Source: a bacterium (GTDB lineage Bacteria; Electryoneota; Electryoneia; Electryoneales; Electryoneaceae). From it: DNA of 64,000 nucleotides. The stretch covers positions 192,001 through 256,000 of the forward strand of contig CAXXKJ010000001.1 of NCBI GenBank assembly GCA_963675295.2, in the 5' to 3' direction. Position numbers and translations under genes: made by a program. This document shows, in pieces, positions 58,401-64,000 of the stretch (positions are counted from its first letter, which is position 1; each line of letters starts with the position of its first letter). The notes below the pieces were generated by a model. It did no database searches. It saw only the letters and a list, made by a program, of their open reading frames with translations, and was not told the origin of the DNA.

Positions 58401-61400
58401 TCAGGTCGCATCCAGCGTGGCACGGACCTTCGCGGCGAGGTCGTTCATCGTGAACGGCTTCTGGATGAACTGGAGGCCCTTCTCGAGCAAACCACGATGG
58501 GTGATCACTTCGTCCGTGTAGCCCGACATGTAAAGCACGCGCAGGTTCGGGACCACTGACGAGATCTGTTCATACAATTCACGCCCGTTCATTTTCGGCA
58601 TCACGACGTCCGTCAACAACATCGAAACGTCCGAGTTCAAGGACTTGATTTTTTCCAACGCGTTGAAGCCATCCCGCGCGGTGATGGTGGTGTAACCAAA
58701 TCGCTCAAGCATCGACGCCACCAGCTTCCGCACTTCTTCGTTGTCCTCGACGACCAGGATCGTTTCCGAACCGGTCACGGCCTCGCTTTTCACAGCCTGT
58801 TCCTCGGCGGATCGTTCAGACTCGCTAACCGGGAGGTAGACTTTGAACGTTGTCCCGTTGCCGGGTTCGCTGTACACCAAGATGGTGCCGCCGTGCTGCT
58901 TCACAATGCCGAAAACTGTCGCCAGTCCCAGTCCGGTTCCCTTTTCGCCCTTGGTCGAGTAGAACGGTTCGAAGACCCGCATCCGGGTTTCTTCGTCCAT
59001 GCCTTCGCCGGTGTCTCTGACGGTCAGCAGGACATATTCACCGGGGTCCACATCCGCGTGTTGCGCGATATAATCTTTGTCGAGGTGTGTCAGGCTCGTT
59101 TCGATCGTCACCGTACCCTGTGCGGGGATCGCGTCGAGGGCGTTCACGATCAGGTTCATCAGGATCTGTTCGAGCTGATTGATATCCGCATCAACCGGCT
59201 TGATTGATTCAGACAGTTGCACACTCAGCCTGACGTCTTCAGGAATGGTCCGGCGCAACAAATCTTGAATATCCATTACGATCTGGTTGACATCTACCTG
59301 CTTCACAATTAACGCCTGCTTCCGGCTGAAGGCGAGCAGCTGACGGATCAAGTCGCGCGCCTTGAAGCTGGCGCTGAGTAGATCCTTGACCAATTCCCGT
59401 TCTTCGCCGTCGAGTTGCTCAGATTCTGAAAGGAACTCACCGCAGCCGATAATCGGCACCAGCAGGTTGTTCAAGTCGTGCGCGATCCCACCGGCAAGGC
59501 TGCCGATCGCATCCATTTTCGCCGCCTGCATCAGCTGCTGCTGCAGGCTTTCACGTTCGGCTGCCGACTGCAGACGATCGGTGATATCACGGGCAACACC
59601 GAGCACCCCAACGAGATTTCCATCCGCATCGAGCATCGGCGTCTTGATACTCTCTACATTTTCCGTATGCCCGTCTTCAGGGTAGGTTACGACCTCTTCC
59701 ACAGCCAGCGTCTGACCGGATTTAATGACTTTCTGGTCGTTGGCGCTGTAGAGTTCGGCATCTTCCTTGAGAAACAGATCGAAATCCGTTTTGCCGATCA
59801 GTTCGGCTTCCGGGAAGCCGATCAGCCGTTCAAACTTCCGGTTGCAACTGAGATAGCGTCCCTCGGCGTCCTTCACCCAGACCAGGTCAGGGATTGTGTT
59901 CAACAGGGTTCGCAGGTGCATTTCACGATTGGCCAGCACTTCCTCGGCATTCTTGCGTTCTGTAATGTCGAGATACGTGCCGCTGATGCGAAACGGCTGC
60001 CCGTTTTCGTCCCGCTCGGTAATCCGGCCTCGGGATATCACCCAGTATGTGTCACCAGAAGCACTTTGCAGGGGAAGTTCTGTCTGATAAAACTTCGTCT
60101 TGCCATCAAGATATTCTTGCAGCTTTTGTTCTACATCATTTCGGATGGAATCAGGTATCATCCCACGCCAGTCAGCAGGGTCCAGTACTCCTTGTTTCAA
60201 AGTGTATTCAAGCTTCTTCGCCCATTGTTCATTCAGACTTGCCCGATTCACAGCCAGATCCCAGTCCCAGATACCGAGGTCAGCTGCCTCAACCGCCATT
60301 TCCGCGCGATGACGAGTGGTTTCCAACTCATGAGTCCGTTCCGCCACCAGCTGCTCGAGTTGCAATCGGCGCCGCAGGATCAACCGGGTGAGAATTGTCA
60401 GCGCTAGAGTCAAAAGTGTTCCCGCCAGCAGGACAAATCCAGCGGCACGGATCGGGTGAATCTCATACAGGCCGGGGCCTGCCGAAGTGGTCACCCTGAA
60501 GGTGCGGCCAAAGGCAAAGATCGGCCAGGTTTCCGCAAAATTCTGATGGTTCTCCACACCCTTAGTTCCCGAAACCACCTGGATCGAATGCTGATCGGCA
60601 GAATAGCCGCTGGTTAACGCCAGCGAGATGGTTTGATTCGGACGGGCGGACATCAACAACTCTTGAAAGTCCAGCACGCAGGCGACAAAACCAACACCTT
60701 GGCTACCGATGCCGGTTTGCCGTACCTCCTTGAATGCAAGCACGTAGCCTTCAAAAAACTCATGTTCAATCAAATCTGTGCAAACGGGACGACGGCTTGC
60801 TGAGGCACGGTCAATTGCTTCAGCTAAAAATTCATCCCGGTAACAATCAAATCCCAGGTATGTACCGTGCTCTGCTCTTGACGTAATCCGTGTTATCGGG
60901 TAGTACAGCGTGTCGCCACCCGGCGGGATTGCGGAATCGCCGTCTTGCGAATACCAGATTCTGAAGCCCTGAACTCCCTCGTCCCGCATCCGGCGTTCGA
61001 AGGTGGTGCGTTGCTCCGGCGTGACCCGGGAAATCCACAGCCACGCACGCACCGCAGGATTGTCCATCAGATAGTCGGTATAGTCAGAGTATTCGCTGGC
61101 GGTGACATATTCGCTGGCAACGAAGAACCGGGCTAATGCCTCCATTTCCACATTCTGCAGCGAGTGAAACGTCTTGGAAAGCGCCGTCAGTTTATCCAGA
61201 CCCAATTGGACAAAAGCACGTTGACGGGAGTCCGCCTCCTTGTTGTCGGCGACCATGGCCACGACCACTGTCAGCAGCAGTCCAACCACAACGATATGAA
61301 ATGCTGCACGGTAGGCGTGTACTTCGACTACGCGCTCGGTTTGCCGGGTGGAACGCTGCAGAATCAACTGGCCGAGCAACAATATTAAGATCGCGCCAAC

Positions 61401-62009
61401 GGTCAAACTGCCAATCAACGCAAGGATTCCCGGTCTGAATTGGGACCAACCCGAAAGTGCATACTCGATCCCAAGCACCGAGGGCGGTTCATCCGGTTTC
61501 CCACTGTGGATCGGCGCAAACACTCGAACACGGGCATGAAGGGGAACCAGTTTCTGTAACAGATTCTTCGTATCCGCCACCGAAATGACGTGACGGTCGG
61601 TTACCACATGACGCAACATTGGCTGAAGATCGCCGGACCCGCTGAACCCGGATTGATCGTCATCAGCCGAAAGGGCGAGGGACAGGTCCGGAAAGAACTC
61701 ACCGTTCTCATCCATCCGGAAGTGCACCATCGACTGGTACTGATCGTCCAGCATTAGGAGGGTCTGCAATGCATCTAGGATCGGCGAAGGCGTGTCGCCA
61801 GTAGGGTCTTTTGCCGGTGGAAACCGCGAAACCGAGAGCTCAATTGCCGTGAACTCTGTCTTCGCTTCGAAGGTCCGTATCAATTGCCGATACTGGGTAT
61901 GGATGACAAACGAGATGCCGACAAGTCCGATGAGGATTATCAGCAGCACACTTCCCACCAGGCCGTAAGCTACTGTCCGGCGCTGTGTCGAAGTGGTGAC
62001 TGTGGGCAT
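58401..62009 (-). CDS. Hybrid sensor histidine kinase (CHASE-like, 2 PAS, HisKA, HATPase, receiver)
   Basis: TMs; GIWDWD and YLDITERK / ARDITDR PAS-PAC motifs; LAGGIAHDLNN; GTGLGL; ILVVEDNE, LTDVVMP, YMSGY, QKPF. Confidence 0.93.
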   Translation of the reverse strand: MPTVTTSTQRRTVAYGLVGSVLLIILIGLVGISFVIHTQYRQLIRTFEAKTEFTAIELSVSRFPPAKDPTGDTPSPILDALQTLLMLDDQYQSMVHFRMDENGEFFPDLSLALSADDDQSGFSGSGDLQPMLRHVVTDRHVISVADTKNLLQKLVPLHARVRVFAPIHSGKPDEPPSVLGIEYALSGWSQFRPGILALIGSLTVGAILILLLGQLILQRSTRQTERVVEVHAYRAAFHIVVVGLLLTVVVAMVADNKEADSRQRAFVQLGLDKLTALSKTFHSLQNVEMEALARFFVASEYVTASEYSDYTDYLMDNPAVRAWLWISRVTPEQRTTFERRMRDEGVQGFRIWYSQDGDSAIPPGGDTLYYPITRITSRAEHGTYLGFDCYRDEFLAEAIDRASASRRPVCTDLIEHEFFEGYVLAFKEVRQTGIGSQGVGFVACVLDFQELLMSARPNQTISLALTSGYSADQHSIQVVSGTKGVENHQNFAETWPIFAFGRTFRVTTSAGPGLYEIHPIRAAGFVLLAGTLLTLALTILTRLILRRRLQLEQLVAERTHELETTRHRAEMAVEAADLGIWDWDLAVNRASLNEQWAKKLEYTLKQGVLDPADWRGMIPDSIRNDVEQKLQEYLDGKTKFYQTELPLQSASGDTYWVISRGRITERDENGQPFRISGTYLDITERKNAEEVLANREMHLRTLLNTIPDLVWVKDAEGRYLSCNRKFERLIGFPEAELIGKTDFDLFLKEDAELYSANDQKVIKSGQTLAVEEVVTYPEDGHTENVESIKTPMLDADGNLVGVLGVARDITDRLQSAAERESLQQQLMQAAKMDAIGSLAGGIAHDLNNLLVPIIGCGEFLSESEQLDGEERELVKDLLSASFKARDLIRQLLAFSRKQALIVKQVDVNQIVMDIQDLLRRTIPEDVRLSVQLSESIKPVDADINQLEQILMNLIVNALDAIPAQGTVTIETSLTHLDKDYIAQHADVDPGEYVLLTVRDTGEGMDEETRMRVFEPFYSTKGEKGTGLGLATVFGIVKQHGGTILVYSEPGNGTTFKVYLPVSESERSAEEQAVKSEAVTGSETILVVEDNEEVRKLVASMLERFGYTTITARDGFNALEKIKSLNSDVSMLLTDVVMPKMNGRELYEQISSVVPNLRVLYMSGYTDEVITHRGLLEKGLQFIQKPFTMNDLAAKVRATLDAT

Positions 62010-62263
62010 GCGATTGAACCTCGTATCCGGACCCGCGAAGCCAAATCTACGAACAGAATACCCGGTATTCTGACAAGGAGGTGGTTCCGTTCACGCGAAA
62101 GAGTCTGTTCGAAGTTGAAGCTTGCTACGGCCGGGTGCGGAAATCATGAACCATGCTCCGGCCAGTGAGCGGACAGCGAAGGAATCTCTCAAGCCCGAAA
62201 ATGGTCTTCCACAACGATCCGACGTACTTTCCATTGATCTTGCCACACAAACCGGGAGGTGAT

Positions 62264-64000
62264 GTGCGTCTGAGGTGGACACTGCTGTCCCTGTTTGCCG
62301 CCCTACTGGTTACTACGCCGGGCGTAGGCGACGAATCGTCTGAGATCAACCTGGTCGTTGACGGTGTCAGCGACTACCGTATCGTGCTCCCGGCGGACTC
62401 GTCCCCCGAACTCTCCGCGCACGCCACCCTGCTGCACACCACCATCCGGCGCATCTCCGGTGCGGTGATTCCGGTCGTGACCACCCCCAATCCAGCCGGA
62501 CACAACATCCGCTTTATCCTCGATGAGCACGATACTATCGGGTATGGTGTCGATGGCTTCCGCATTCTCACCACGGACAAGTCGGTTCGTTTCTACGCTC
62601 ACACCGAGCGCGGCATCCGCAACGCCGTCTACACCTTCCTCGAATCCTGTCTCGGCTGCCGCAAGTGGAGCGAAACGGACGAATTCATCCCGCAACGCAA
62701 AACCATCACGCTACCGTTTATCGACGACACGCAGATTCCACGCTTCCACTTCCGAATGCAGGATTTCAAGGACCCCGGCTACAACGCGTGGCACAAGCTG
62801 AGCTCGCTGGAGGAGTGGGGGTTGTTCGTGCACACCTTCGACGACCTCGTCCCGCCCGAACGCTATTTCGACGATCACCCCGAGTATTTCTCGGAAAATC
62901 TCGGTGTGCGCACTCCGGAGGGACAGCTGTGTCTCAGCAATCCAGACGTGTTCCGCATCGTGGTCGACGAACTCCGGCACCGCATGGAGGAAAACCCGGA
63001 CGCGCACTACTGGTCGGTGTCCCAGAACGACACCTACCTGCCGTGCACCTGCGACGACTGCCGGGCCATTGACGATGAGGAAGGTTCACACTCCGGCTCG
63101 ATCATCCGCTTTGTCAATCGTGTCGCAGCGGAATTTCCGGACAAGACAATTTCGACGCTGGCCTATCAATACTCACGCCATGCCCCCGCGATAACCCGCC
63201 CCGTGCAAAATGTCAACATCATGTTGTGCAGCATCGAATGCGACCGCAGCCGGCCCATCGCCGCCGACACCAGCGCGGGGTCATTCGCGCGGGATGTGCT
63301 CGACTGGAGCGAGCTGACGGACAACATCTTCCTCTGGGATTACGTCATCCAGTTCCGCAACCTGATGAGTCCGTTCCCGAACCTGCACATCCTGCAGCCG
63401 AACCTGCAATTTTTCGCCGAACACGGCATCACCGCCGTCTTCGAGCAGGGGCTGCGAAACATGCAGGGCGAGTTCGCCGAACTGCGCGCCTACATGCTGG
63501 CCAAGCTGCTGTGGGACCCATATGTCGACGCCGACAGCGTGATGACCGATTTCCTCACCGGCTACTACGGGAATGACGCCCCGCAAATCCGACGCTACAT
63601 CGAAACGATGCATGCCGCGCTCGACCAATCCGGCGAAGGGTTGTCCAGCTTCGGGTATCCGTTTCCGTCCGAACACGGCTACCTTTCCGCCGCGATGATC
63701 GACAGCTACCGCGTCATCTTCGATGACGCCGAGGCCACCGTTGCCGGTCAACCGGTGTTCCGTGAGCGGGTATGGCAGGCACGCCTGCCGCTGCAATACG
63801 CCCGCCTCGAGCAGGCGAAACTGCTGGCGGATGGTCCACGCGGCTGTTTCGATCTGGATGATCACGGCCTGCGTCGAGTCAAACCGGAGTTTGACGCGCT
63901 GCTGGACACGTTCACCGTTCGCTGCGAACGCTACCACGTCATCCGCCTGTGGGAGCACGGCATCGCGCCGTCCGAGTACCACGACACCACACGTTCCTTC
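62264..64000 (+). CDS. DUF4838 family secreted protein (partial, runs off the window)
   Basis: Own translation from GTG 62264 after GGAGG: MRLRWTLLSLFAALLV..., HTFDDLVPPERYFDDHPEYF, QLCLSNPDV, SQND...CTCDDC, TLAYQYS, LAKLLWDP; absent from the ORF track because it has no stop in the window. Confidence 0.85.
   Translation, partial: MRLRWTLLSLFAALLVTTPGVGDESSEINLVVDGVSDYRIVLPADSSPELSAHATLLHTTIRRISGAVIPVVTTPNPAGHNIRFILDEHDTIGYGVDGFRILTTDKSVRFYAHTERGIRNAVYTFLESCLGCRKWSETDEFIPQRKTITLPFIDDTQIPRFHFRMQDFKDPGYNAWHKLSSLEEWGLFVHTFDDLVPPERYFDDHPEYFSENLGVRTPEGQLCLSNPDVFRIVVDELRHRMEENPDAHYWSVSQNDTYLPCTCDDCRAIDDEEGSHSGSIIRFVNRVAAEFPDKTISTLAYQYSRHAPAITRPVQNVNIMLCSIECDRSRPIAADTSAGSFARDVLDWSELTDNIFLWDYVIQFRNLMSPFPNLHILQPNLQFFAEHGITAVFEQGLRNMQGEFAELRAYMLAKLLWDPYVDADSVMTDFLTGYYGNDAPQIRRYIETMHAALDQSGEGLSSFGYPFPSEHGYLSAAMIDSYRVIFDDAEATVAGQPVFRERVWQARLPLQYARLEQAKLLADGPRGCFDLDDHGLRRVKPEFDALLDTFTVRCERYHVIRLWEHGIAPSEYHDTTRSF

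Overview
This is a high-GC chromosomal region from a bacterium that looks like an FCB-group lineage, probably an uncultured candidate phylum. That placement is inferred from T9SS-type C-terminal domains, a Bacteroidota-like L28 and histidine kinase, and TAnnTTTG promoter-like motifs. The window is dominated by 15 signal-peptide proteins ending in a T9SS type-A-like C-terminal sorting domain (CTD; PNPFN...SGxYF...K). Their cargoes vary: FG-GAP propellers, LVIVD repeats, lamin-tail repeats, BNR repeats and a CocE/NonD hydrolase. Eleven of them also share an apparently unnamed ~105-aa Ig-like domain and usually a Trp-containing linker before the CTD. CTDs are near-identical between neighbouring genes whose cargoes are unrelated, with visible mosaic breakpoints. 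One cargo is an AT-rich foreign segment in frame between high-GC ends, and several CTD genes are followed by a shared non-coding module (short tandem repeats plus a GGGGACAC..GTGTCCCC hairpin). Together these suggest a modular, recombining surface-protein repertoire; this is a hypothesis. The window also holds a REP-associated tyrosine transposase with its REPs, several other palindrome families, acs, cdaA/dacA, a YfhO-flippase-GT4 cluster, rpmB, nadB, an ABC permease with a candidate sigma54 promoter, an old-yellow-enzyme reductase, two histidine kinases, a zinc-ribbon/YkgJ pair, a pair of unknown 110-aa paralogs and a partial DUF4838 gene. No tRNA, rRNA or CRISPR array was seen.
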